A DNA stretch of 63,955 nt, counting the filler, from Bonamia ostreae (taxonomy: Eukaryota): assembly GCA_040357525.1 (NCBI GenBank). It is 24 parts of 24 records of this genome, joined end to end, with 100 filler letters (N's around TTAATTAATTAA, not from the genome) between each part and the next. Parts side by side here need not be neighbours in the genome. Positions count along the whole stretch, not along the records: positions 37,534 to 40,092 come from JBDODL010000775.1; positions 40,193 to 42,749 come from JBDODL010000776.1; positions 42,850 to 45,403 come from JBDODL010000777.1; positions 45,504 to 48,057 come from JBDODL010000778.1; positions 48,158 to 50,709 come from JBDODL010000779.1; 19 more parts are not named here. One strand, given 5' to 3'. Both the position numbers and the translations under genes were made by a program. Below are positions 38,243-49,197 of this stretch, in pieces (position 1 is the stretch's first letter; each line of letters opens with the position of its first letter). The notes beneath the pieces are model-generated. The model was not told where the DNA came from and made no database searches. It saw nothing but the letters and a program-made list of their open reading frames with translations.

Positions 38243-40040
38243 TTATTTTGATAATCTCTCGTCCAAAGTAATATCATTTGAAATTCCAAAATCGATTTTA
38301 TGTTCGTCTTCTTGAAAATCATCTTCGTCTGTAAAATTTGATTTTTAAAACAATTTTTTTCGGTATTTCTTTTCATCTCAAAATTTTCATTTTTTTGATT
38401 CAAAATTTTTAGCAATTTTTTGTCTTTTATAAAAATTTTAAACTTTCAAATTTTGGTTTCCAATCCCAAATATCTTTTTTATAGTCTAATTTTGATTTTT
38501 CCCGCAGTTTTATCAAATCTGGAGGCAGTTGATTGTCTAAAATGGCAGTGATTGTTTTTTGGTAATCGAGATTGAAGCAATCAAGACATTTTATGATAAA
38601 ATTATCTGTTAAATCTGGAAAAATGGCTTTTATTCCATTTATTTTGTTCATTTTATCATCGTTCATTTTTAATTTGAATCCTTTTTTATACGAAAATTTA
38701 ACATTTTTTCGAAATTTTTCAAAATTAAATTGTTTTTTATAAATTTGTCGTTTAATCAATTTTTTCTAAAATTAAATTGTTTTTTTTATAAATTTGTCGT
38801 TTAATCAATTTTTTCTAAAATTAAATTGTTTTTTATAAATTTGTCGTTTAATCAACTTTTTCTAAAATTAAATTGTTTTTTATAAATTTGTCGTTTAATC
38901 AATTTTTTCTAAAATTAAATTGTTTTTTTTAAATTAAATAATTTTCGGAATAAATTTTTTATCCAAAACCAGTCAATTTTGACAATTTTGAAAATTTTTT
39001 TGAATTTTCGGAATAAGAATTTTGAGCAAACTGATTTAATTTTTCTTCAAAATTATTAATGTTTGAAGCCATTTCGAAAAATTTTTGTTTGTCGTATTGC
39101 TAAATGTTATTAAAATTACAATTTCAAAATTGGTTTCTACAAATTTTAAAAATTCTTTCAATTTTTTCCCGTTTTTTAAAAAAGCGATATCTGCATAAAA
39201 TGTGAAAAAATTTATAATTTTGTTGCAAATATTTTCGTTCGCTTCGTAATAATAATAAAAAAGATTAATTATTGATTTCATTATAAGCGATTTCTATTTT
39301 TTAAATATTTTAAATTAGTTAAAGAATTTTAGAAACTTCAAATGTTGGGACAATTTCTGGAAAAACAATTATAAAATCTTCAAAACAATTTAGAATATCA
39401 ACAGCCAACAGATCATTATTTTTTTTCGATTTTTCATCCAAATTTTGAATAAGCGAACACGTCTATTTTAAAAATGTTATGAAACTTTTTTTAACGTTTT
39501 CAATCAAAAAAATTTACAAAAAGTTCCCAATTTTAAATATTTTAAACGTTTTCAATCTAAAAATTTACAAAACGTTCCCAATTTTAAATATTTTAAACGT
39601 TTTCAATCTAAAAATTTACAAAACTTTTAAATATTTTAAACGTTTTCAATCTAAAAAAAATAAAAATTTGCAAATTTTAAAAACAAAAATGAGAGTGTTT
39701 TCAAAATCATCGAAAAGATTATTTTGCAGCGAAAACAAATTTAGGACAATTTTTCTCACAATTGAAAAATTTGATTTTCTGTAAATTCTGCAAATGTCTA
39801 AAATTTTCGGCACGTCAAACAATTTGTAAACAATCGTTGAAAAATATTTTTGTTTTATTTTTTCTAAACTTTCTTCGTTTTCTAAAAGGCGGGAAATAAT
39901 GATAATTATTCGTTTGTAAATTGAAGATAGTTCAGAACGTGCGAAATTTGATAAAAGTTTTGGAATATTTTCAGGTTTTTCTGTGGAACAAAGAAAACTG
40001 TCTAATAATTTGCTGAAATTTGCATCAAAAATAACCTTTT
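38243..40040 (-). CDS. ASCC2: ASC-1 complex subunit 2 (CUE domain), 5' truncated
   Basis: LFDVPKILDIC, CUE INGIKAIFPDLTDNFIIKCLDCFNLDYQKTITAILDNQLPPDL and spliced YEDDF motif. Confidence 0.75.
38715..38930. repeat. Intronic minisatellite, about 46-nt unit
   Basis: AAAATTAAATTGTTTTTTATAAATTTGTCGTTTAATCAATTTTTTCT x4. Confidence 0.92.
39490..39660. repeat. Intronic minisatellite, about 45-nt unit
   Basis: TTTTAAATATTTTAAACGTTTTCAATCTAAAAATTTACAAAA x3-4. Confidence 0.9.
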
Positions 40041-40192
40041 AAATAAAATTTTGTTAGTTTCGTTAAAATTGTTATTTTTTCATTAAAATTGTNNNNNNNN
40101 NNNNNNNNNNNNNNNNNNNNNNNNNNNNNNNNNNNNTTAATTAATTAANNNNNNNNNNNNNNNNNNNNNNNNNNNNNNNNNNNNNNNNNNNN

Positions 40193-42693
40193 GGTTTTAT
40201 AGAATATGTGCATTGACTTTATCGATTTTTAGAGTATGTAGATTAATTGAAAATAGAAACAAAGTAACAATTGGCTCCCGTTTTGTACAGATATTCTTCT
40301 AAAATGAGATAATATCTCTGTGAATAAAGGAGATCACTCAACTCCGTCTTCAAATTCCAAAAAAATGCTTGACCTATCTGCAGTGGATTTTTTATAGCTT
40401 TTCGTATTAAAAATTGCGACAACGTGCTATTATGATATTGCTCAAATTTAAGAGCTTGTACCAATTGGATCAAATAACAATTTATTTCTTCGTCAGTTAA
40501 AGAGTACAAAATTTTTACTGTTTCCTTTCTTACCTTTTTGGTAAATTTAATGTCGACTATTTTTTAATGTCGGAAATTCTATTTAGCAAAAATTAATGTC
40601 TGAAATTTTAATATCGACAATTTGGTAAAAATTTTAAATTTTTAATGTCGACTATTTAACAAAAATTAATATTCACCAATGTGTCATGGAAAGGATAATC
40701 CAACAGAGATATCATTTCTCTAATATGTTTCGGCCGTTTTTTAGACATAAAAATCTTTCTCGCTTCTCTCGTTTCGTGAGGATTCGTCCAATCGACTAAT
40801 TAAAATGCTTTGAAAAAATTTACTGCATTTTAGAAAAATTTTGAGCCGTTGAAAGTTGTTTCTGATATTGTTGCGATCGAGCCAAACTAAACTTTGATCT
40901 TCTTCAGTTAGTTTCATTAGAGGATAAGTGTATATCTGTTTCAGTCTTTCTCTGTTTTATTTAGGCGATTTTAAAACTCGTTTACGATATTCATTCTTTT
41001 GTCAATTATGCTATCAGCTCTACCGTTCGAATGGTAATAAATTGTTTTTGGTGAAAGAACTGGTAATATAAATTCCGGAAATTCTACACAAATTGTCTAA
41101 AATTTTAGTTTTTTTCCAAATTGTTAATTTGATTTTCCGTTATTTTAAATTGATATTTTGTTAATTTAATTTATTTTATATTTAAATTGATTTTATATTT
41201 ATTATTATCGATTTTCCGCTATTTTAAATTAATTTTTTGTTAATTTAAATTTATTTAAATAAAATTAAAAAAAAACTGGTTTGCTATTGTCATTAACGAT
41301 AACATTTTCACCAGTTGGAGCAGTAAAAATATGTTCGACCTCCATTGGCAATGTCCAAAGATTAAATTTTTGTTTTTTAGATAACATCTGTCCCCACTTT
41401 AAAATTGATCAAATTTAAAATTTAGCCATCGCAATTCCATTTTTTATAATTTGTCAAAAATAAAATTTGAACTTCGTTAATCAAATTAACTACAATCCAA
41501 GCAACAATTTCATTTCGATCAGTCAATCTTTTAGAACATACTAAAAAAGCAGCTTTAGTGCTCTAAATTATAACGGTAATAAAACTCTAGGAAGACGATT
41601 GATTTTTATCGATCTGTTTGCAAAACCAATTCTTTCGTTCCAAATCGTGGCGAATTTGGGCTGTATCTTCTTGTAAACAGTTTTTGAGTTCGTCTCTTTT
41701 ATAATCTTGTTTCCGAAAAAACTAAAAATTTGCAAAAATGTTTTTCAAAAATTTTATCTTCTTTCATTTAAGTTTACCGAAAAAGATAAAATTCGAAAAT
41801 TGCTAAATCCAAAAACTACAAAATGAGAGATTTAAATCTTTATTGACTAAAAATTCAAAAACAGAAATGTTTTGACACAAATAGAATCGTTGAGATTTTT
41901 GTTGGGCGTTTTGATGTTGTCAACGCCCAAAATTTTGACCGAAAATGGAAAATTGCATTCTCGAAAAGGAATGTAATCCATTTTCAGCACATCCGCATTA
42001 GGTGCAACGTTAAAATCTCTCCCACTGAGCACTTTCTTAAAATCGCTTTTAATGGCCAAATTCTTATAATCTTTGAACCCCTTTTCAGAGTTCGTTTCAA
42101 AAATTTTCTTCGAAATTTTTGATTTTGCGAGCATTCTGAGCTCGATGATTTTATTCTGTTTTATCATCGATCTCGGATATGCACTGTTCCACAATATTTC
42201 GTCGTTTTCGATGTATTCGTTCATCTTCGACGCCTTTTAAATCAGTTTAAATTTGTATATTCGATAATGATCAAATCCCATTTATTTTATCACTAAAAAG
42301 ACTTTTAGAATAAAATCTGATTTGTCGTCTGTTTTCCCGATGCGCTCAAGGATGCCATAGATCAGATCGCTGGCTGTTGTGGTGGCTACATGTTTTATAA
42401 AATAACCGTCCGAGTCAATGATGACAGTTTTGCCGGACTGGTCGATGCTTCTATCCAATGTGACGAAGCACTGGCAACTAGTGGTTCCAGGCCGGATTTC
42501 GGTTCGAGAAGTTTGTTTTGGTTTTTGGTAATTGTTGAAAATCAATTTTGCGTAGTCGTGTCTTTGTTGATCAAATGACAATAAACGAGGCTGATTTGGC
42601 TCTATAAGCACTGACGGCGGTACTTAACGGGTCGATGCTGAAGTTGAGTTTGTCCTTGTCTAGTAGAAATCTTAGTGTTTCCTTCCAATCCAT
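40193..42693 (-). CDS. Class I-like phosphoinositide 3-kinase catalytic subunit (RBD-C2-helical; kinase domain beyond contig)
   Basis: FILK-ASKMNEY (RBD-like), C2 (WNE..., NRLPR, AWIVVNL), helical YLIQLVQALKFEQYHNSTLSQFLIRKA..IGQAFFWNLK; many GT-AG introns. Confidence 0.88.
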
Positions 42694-42849
42694 TACAATT
42701 ACAATATCTATCTTCTTAAAGAATTGTATATAATTCTGAGCTTTTGAGTNNNNNNNNNNNNNNNNNNNNNNNNNNNNNNNNNNNNNNNNNNNNTTAATTA
42801 ATTAANNNNNNNNNNNNNNNNNNNNNNNNNNNNNNNNNNNNNNNNNNNN

Positions 42850-42945
42850 CCTGAAAATGCGGTGCGAAGAGCAATCCATGTTATGAGAAACAGAGGAGAA
42901 CTAGAAAGTAGTGCCGGAGGAAAACTTTTGACTCGGAAACATTAA
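42850..42945 (+). CDS. MCM5: C-terminal tip of MCM5-like helicase subunit
   Basis: PENAVRRAIHVMRNRGELESSAGGKLLTRKH* resembles the MCM5 C-terminal winged helix; only 31 aa visible. Confidence 0.55.
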   Translation, partial: PENAVRRAIHVMRNRGELESSAGGKLLTRKH

Positions 42946-43169
42946 ATGACATAAAAATTTTAACAATTTCTTCGATTATCTATTTCCATATTTTGAATAA
43001 AATTGCAATTTTCAATTTAATTTGACGACACTTCGTTTTCGAAGATTTGTCGCTTAAACAATTTTCCTGTTTTGAAATTCAAATCTACTATTGTTAATAA
43101 AAGGGTCGGCTTCGCTGGGACATTTTTGTTTCAATTAACGAAAACACGCGTAATTAATTTAGTCTAAAA

Positions 43170-43635
43170 ATGGCTGAAAAAGATAAAAAAGATGAGGAAT
43201 CTGACAAAAATCGTGCGCACACAAACGAGCAAATGCCAAAATTGCCGAAAAAATTGAATTTTGAAGAAAAAAAGAAATCGCCTAGCAAAAGCTTATCGGA
43301 GTTGTTCGAAATATATACAAATTCCGAAAAATCAAATTTTGCTGTTTTTTCGAAAGATTTTATAAAGTTTGAAGATGTTTATGTAAATCACATTTTGAAA
43401 AAAGTTGGATGTATTTGCGAAGATAAAAAACTGTTTTTAATTTAAAAATTCAAGTCGTATTTTTATCGGATTGATAGTACAACAAATAGTTTGCACAGTT
43501 TTGAAAGATTGCCGTTCTTTCGAAAAACATTTTCAAACGAAAGAAAGTTTTGAAGATTCGCAAAATTTGACTTTCAAGTCGTTACAATTCGTCATTAAAC
43601 AAAATGGACTCGATCTTAATAAATATTTTGTCTAA
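43170..43635 (+). CDS. TAF10: TAF10-like histone-fold protein
   Basis: A 22-nt intron (43433-43454) gives FEDVYVNHILKKVGCICEDKKLRIFIGLIVQQIVCTVLKDC...LTFKSLQFVIKQNGLDLNKYFV*, collinear with TAF10. Confidence 0.6.
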
Positions 43636-43765
43636 CAATTTTTACAGAAATTTTATGTTCTCGAAAATTAACAAAATTTTCGGAAAAATTTAATTTTGGA
43701 GCAGTTTTATAATTTTGAGAATTGAAATTTTTACGGAAAATAAAAAAATCAGTGCAATCATTCAA

Positions 43766-44718
43766 TCAAAGTCTTCGACCTCTTCTTCCGCCCTTCTTTC
43801 TCGTCGAATCTGTTGGAATCGGCGTAACATCTTCAATCCGCCCAATTTTCAGTCCAGAACGAGCAAGTGCTCTCAAAGCCGACTGGGCTCCGGGGCCTGG
43901 CGTTTTTGTTCGGTTTCCGCCGGTGGCTCTAAGTCGGATATGAATTGCGGTGATTCCGCGTTGTTTGCATTTTTCGGCAGCGTCTTGCGCTGCGAGCATT
44001 GCAGCGTAAGGAGAACTTTCGTCTCTGTCGGCTTTGACCTTCATTCCACCGGTCACTTTTGTGATGGTCTCTTTGCCGCTTACGTCTGTTATGTGCTAAT
44101 TTTTTTAGCATTTTTTGGTTATTTTCAAATTATTTTTTGGTCATTTTTAAATTATTTTTTGGGCGTTTTTAAATTATTTTTTGGTCATTATTAAATTATT
44201 TTTTGGCCATTTTTAAATTGTTTTTTGGTCATTTTCAAATTATTTTTTGGCCATTTTCAAATTATTTTTTGCGCATTTTCAAATTATTTTTTTGCAATTT
44301 TTTGATTTTTAGACATTTTTTGGCTATTTTTGGATAATTTTTTTTATCAATTTTGCTCAAAATTTTTGGTCTGTTAAATTTTTATTTACTTTTTAGCAAT
44401 TTTTCGGCCATTTTTTCAAAATTTTGTTTAAAATTTTTTTATCAATTTTATAAATCGATTATTTAAAATTTTTTTACCATTTTAATCAATTTTTGTTAAA
44501 ATTTTAGACTAAAAATTTGTCATTTTCCCGAAATTGACAAAATATGGAACGTTTAAAGTTTTTGAATTGTTGAAAAGTATTAATGAAACCACAAAAGTAT
44601 TGTTGAATGAAGCGTAGATATGAGCAATTCCGAAGACATTTTCGCCAATTGCGACGTTTTTAGGGCCGTAATTTTTGACTTCTTCTTCAGGCTTGCTCTT
44701 CTGTTTTTTGGCCGGCAT
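43766..44718 (-). CDS. RPS14: 40S ribosomal protein S14 (uS11)
   Basis: [27 protein letters not shown]...[22 protein letters not shown]...GRRGRRL; intron 44096-44589. Confidence 0.99.
44110..44300. repeat. Intronic minisatellite, about 21-nt unit, about 9 copies
   Basis: Variants of ATTTTCAAATTATTTTTTGG(T/C)C in the RPS14 intron. Confidence 0.9.
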
Positions 44719-44963
44719 TAGGTTAGCTATTCAAATTTATTAATTTTTTTAGCACTTTTAAGCTTTTTATTTGATTTGTTTAATCGAAATTTGGCTAAAT
44801 TTGATTTTGAATTTTGTTTTACTGTTAATAAAGATTTATTATTTTTAATTTTTGCTCATTTTTTGCTGATTATTATTAGAATATATTGATTTTTGTTATA
44901 AAATATTTAGTACAAAATTACAAAAATTTCTGATTTTTAAATTTTAGCAATTTTACAAAAATT

Positions 44964-45257
44964 TTATTTATTTTTTTTGACTTTTCTTTTCTTTATTTTC
45001 TTGTTTTCAACAACTTTCAATTTATTTAACAAAGCGTCAAAATCGGATTCTATCTTCTCTGTTACATCTTCATTGCGATGGCCCAATCCTTGATTATCTT
45101 CCGTTCGAAATGGTATGTTTTCATGTTTGGATATTCCATTTTCATATTTCCCCGTTCCTTTTCCTTTGACCCAACCCATTTTCGCCATCATTTTTAGCGC
45201 TTTACTGTTTTTATTGTGATGCCAAAATGATTCTCCATGAAATGTGCCCGAAGACAT
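44964..45257 (-). CDS. G-patch protein, PinX1/Pxr1-like
   Basis: W...SKALKMMAKMGWVKGKGTGKYENGI...NQGLG...SDFDALLNKL. Confidence 0.7.
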   Translation of the reverse strand: MSSGTFHGESFWHHNKNSKALKMMAKMGWVKGKGTGKYENGISKHENIPFRTEDNQGLGHRNEDVTEKIESDFDALLNKLKVVENKKIKKRKVKKNK

Positions 45258-45539
45258 TTCGATTTTGGCTTTTATATATGACCAGACTTTAAGCTTGGGT
45301 TTAGGTTTCTAACACAAATTATGAAACAAAAGGAAAAATTGAAAAATTAAATTGCAAAAATGAGAATTATATCAACTTCTGATAAATCTTATTAAAATGG
45401 TTANNNNNNNNNNNNNNNNNNNNNNNNNNNNNNNNNNNNNNNNNNNNTTAATTAATTAANNNNNNNNNNNNNNNNNNNNNNNNNNNNNNNNNNNNNNNNN
45501 NNNAAAAAATAAGATTTGTACCATGATTCGTCCTTTTAA

Positions 45540-47234
45540 ATTAATAAGATTTGCGCAATTTAAAAACGGATAATTTAAGGAAAACGTAAATTTTGTTTGA
45601 AGAAAAAGTAACTATAAATTATTTAGTATTGGCAAAAACAAAGTAACAAAGAGATTGATATTTTTCCACATATTGTTTGAGTTTTAAACAAACAATATTG
45701 TCGATTTTGCGTAACTGACAGTAAGTCATGTCGAACCCAGATTTTTTAACATTTGACTTTTTATTTAAGAAAACTTAATTGTTTTACATTGTTACATTAA
45801 TGTACTTATATCGTCACTTAACAATAAAAACAAATATTGTCGCAATTAAATATTTCAGCTTCGTTTGTAAAATTAATCATCTTTTCGCGCAATTTTTCTT
45901 TTCGCTTGTTCATATTAAGAACAGACTGTTTTTTCATAAAAAAGAAATCTGAAAAATCTTTCTTTTTGCAGAATAATGTTTTAAATATGGTGTAACAAAG
46001 AATAAAAACTTTATCTAAAAAAGATGTGTTAAAGAATTTAAAATTTAGAACGTCGTCTATTGATAATATTTCAAAATCAGACATTAATTTGTAAAAATCA
46101 AACGTCTCACTTAATGAATTTTCTTTCTTGCAATTTAATACCGTCTTCGTTTTTACATTAAATTATCATTTTTGTAAAAACAAATTTATTGAAACAAAAT
46201 TTTTTTCAAATTATCAAACATTTTTTGAAGTTAACTCTCTGTTTTCAAAATAATCGCAGGCTCTGGAAAAACTGCTGCATAATGGATACATCAGCATCAT
46301 CCCCAGTATAACAAAAAAAGTGTACCAAAACCAATATTTGATCGATTTTCTTAGAAAACTTATTCTTTTCGTCAAAAAATAAAAAATTGTCCCAACAAAT
46401 GGTAACAAAATTGAAAGCATAATTGTAAAAATCAGTATAAATCGAAATCTTTCAACTAAAACAAGCCATTTATCATTAATTTCATTTATAAAAGTGCTCA
46501 TTTTTTCAAATTGTTTTAAATGTTTATTTGTTATTTCTGAAAATGTTCCGTTTTCCTTTAATTTTTGCAATAATAAAAATTTAATTTTTTCCTATTAAAA
46601 TGTTTCCAAATTAAAAAACAAAAAAATCGCTGTAGAACATTAAATTAGCCTTAAAATCTGAAAAATTTTTAAAAATCTGACCATTAATTTGATCAACAAT
46701 TGATTTTCTTTCTTTAAACAAATCGTTTTCAATATCTGGAACAATAAAATGCTTTTCTCTGTCATAGAAATCATCGACAACATACGAAAACGACTTTGAA
46801 AAATTTTGCAAAATAGATAAAATCTTCTCCATTTTATATAAACTTTTCTCCGTTTCTATCAAATTTGAATTCAATTTGTTCTTCTTTTAATTAAATTTTA
46901 CAAGACATTGAAATACATTGTTAAATGCAACAAAAACATGTTTTTGAACGACATGCCCCAATTCTTTTTCGGAATTGCTTATATACTCAATAAGATTGTT
47001 ATTGAAATCAAAAATTTGAGTTCCAAAGTGATTTTTCGACAAAATAAAATTTGAAAACTGTTTTTTTGCTTCAAAATTTGCAATATTAGCAAAAAATAGA
47101 AAAACAGGGATAACTAGCAAACAAATTAACACGATTAAAAATGGCTCGAAATTTGAATATTGTTGTTTTCTGTAAAATCGAGATTTTTTGATTGTTAGAA
47201 AGTATAAAATAGACATCGATATTATAAATACCAT
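45540..47234 (-). CDS. Multi-pass membrane protein (prominin/tweety-like architecture)
   Basis: Pairs of TM helices separated by long helical loops with conserved-looking Cys; several exons. Family is a guess. Confidence 0.4.
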
Positions 47235-47552
47235 GAAGACGAGGTTTGATAATAATATTACTAAATTTTTAATTATTGTAATTAAATTTTACTATTTTTA
47301 CATTAATTAAATTTATTTGGTCTAACAAATTTCAAATTAGAAATTCATTTTGATACGATCAAAATTGGCTAAAACATTTAAAAAAATTGCTTAGTTCGAT
47401 AAAAATTTTTTGTCCAGGTTTACTCGAAAAAATATCAGGAAAATCAAAATATCTTGTAGTTGCTGCCATCAACTTAACCAAATCAATTTTGAAAAATCTG
47501 GTCATTTTTAAGTAGTTTTAGGATATTATGAATGATAAAAATGTTTTGTTAT

Positions 47553-48057
47553 TTATTGGCCATTAATATACGACATTTCTTCATCAAAAGTTTCCTTCCG
47601 GAAAGCGATTCTGATTGCAGACAGATTCTTTTTCGCGCAGATGGATTTGTTGATTTTGTAACGCCCGTGGTTTTTTCCGTACCATTTTGCTTTAATGCGT
47701 TCGTCAAAGCTGCTTTGATAAACTGAATTCGCAGCGATCTCGCTCAGATCCGTTTTGCTTAGTCTCCAGATCTGTGCGGCCACCGAATACTCTTCTATTA
47801 AAGGGTCCTTCGTGAAATGTATCATTAGCGGGTCGTCAGTGCTCCTAATTTTGTTTGTCGTGATTTGAAAGGAAACAGTGTGCAGTTTAGGCCGACTCTG
47901 AAAAAGTACGGGAACGGGTGTTTTTTGTGTCTGACGAATAGGATGTTGTTAGACAATGGGGATATCGACAGTCCGATTTGAGAGAGGTAGTAACTATGGT
48001 TTTATGTAATAAAACAGGTAACAAAGGAGGGGTGTTTTGTGTAGCAGAATTCCGTGG
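47553..48057 (-). CDS. AMPD: AMP deaminase, C-terminal part
   Basis: HGILL..PLLCYL-YYLSQIG, SPLSNN, L-STDDPL, FTKDPLIEEYSVAAQIW; introns 47994-48015 and about 47845-47876. Confidence 0.95.
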
Positions 48058-48176
48058 NNNNNNNNNNNNNNNNNNNNNNNNNNNNNNNNNNNNNNNNNNN
48101 NTTAATTAATTAANNNNNNNNNNNNNNNNNNNNNNNNNNNNNNNNNNNNNNNNNNNNAAATTAAAATTTTAATTTT

Positions 48177-49106
48177 ATGATCGTTTCCATCGCAGTCTTA
48201 TTAATGCTCTTTTTGCACAACGCAAAACTATTTTCCTTCAAATCAAATTTCATACATCCCATAAAAATCGAAACTATAGAAAAACCAATTTATTACATCG
48301 ACAATTCAACAAAAACAAAAATTCCTCTCGCGCACTCTTTTACATTAACTGCTTTTCCCGAAAAACCCCAAACCACTTTCTACGAAAGCAAAGATATCTT
48401 AGACGAAAGATTGTTACCGTTTAAAAGGAGGATGTCGAAGCAAGAATTCGAAAAAGGCGTGCGCTTGCTGCAAGCGCTCAGCAAGGCTTTTAAGCAGAAC
48501 AACGTTACTTGGTGGTTATCACACGGCACCTTGCTCGGCCAGCAATATTTCCAATCGGTGATCCCGTGGGACGACGACATCGACATTAAAGTTGTTGGGG
48601 CACAACTCTCGATTTTTAGGATCTTAAGTGACTTTTGCCGCAACAACCCGACATTCAAAGTGAGCACATTTAACTCGAAAAACAGAATGAAAATAATCAA
48701 ATTTTATTTTCGAAACGGAGACGAGATTTCTGGATTCACTCACAAATTCCCTTTTGTGGATATTTTTCCAGTCCAAATCGGGGAAAAAAGGGTTAAACAC
48801 GTTACGAACGCTTTATCGCGGGAAGAAAACCTGGAGGACCTTTTTCCGTTAAAAAATGGGTTGTTTGGGTCATTTCTGTTTCCTATTCCACGGAAGCCAT
48901 TAAAAATTTTGACTCAAAATTACTTTCGTGGCTATGGATATTGGAAATACTGCATCAACGGATACGACCATCGCAGAGAAAGAGCTACAAAAAGAAGCAA
49001 GATTTTAGCAAAATATTTATTTGAACGTTATGGATTTTTCGACCATGAAATTAAGACCTTTAAGAAACCCGGCGGCGATTTTGCCTACGCTTTAACGGAT
49101 ATTTGA
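48177..49106 (+). CDS. LicD-family nucleotidyltransferase (phosphocholine/phosphoribitol transferase-like), signal anchor, intronless
   Basis: WWLSHGTLLG...IPWDDDIDI, PFVDIF, DLFPL...FG...PIP. Confidence 0.9.
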   Translation: MIVSIAVLLMLFLHNAKLFSFKSNFIHPIKIETIEKPIYYIDNSTKTKIPLAHSFTLTAFPEKPQTTFYESKDILDERLLPFKRRMSKQEFEKGVRLLQALSKAFKQNNVTWWLSHGTLLGQQYFQSVIPWDDDIDIKVVGAQLSIFRILSDFCRNNPTFKVSTFNSKNRMKIIKFYFRNGDEISGFTHKFPFVDIFPVQIGEKRVKHVTNALSREENLEDLFPLKNGLFGSFLFPIPRKPLKILTQNYFRGYGYWKYCINGYDHRRERATKRSKILAKYLFERYGFFDHEIKTFKKPGGDFAYALTDI

Positions 49107-49197
49107 CGACGTACTCGCAAATTTAATAAAAAGTCATTACATATTTGTTATTATATCATTTATCTCAATAATCCATCTTTATATCATATATTTGGAG

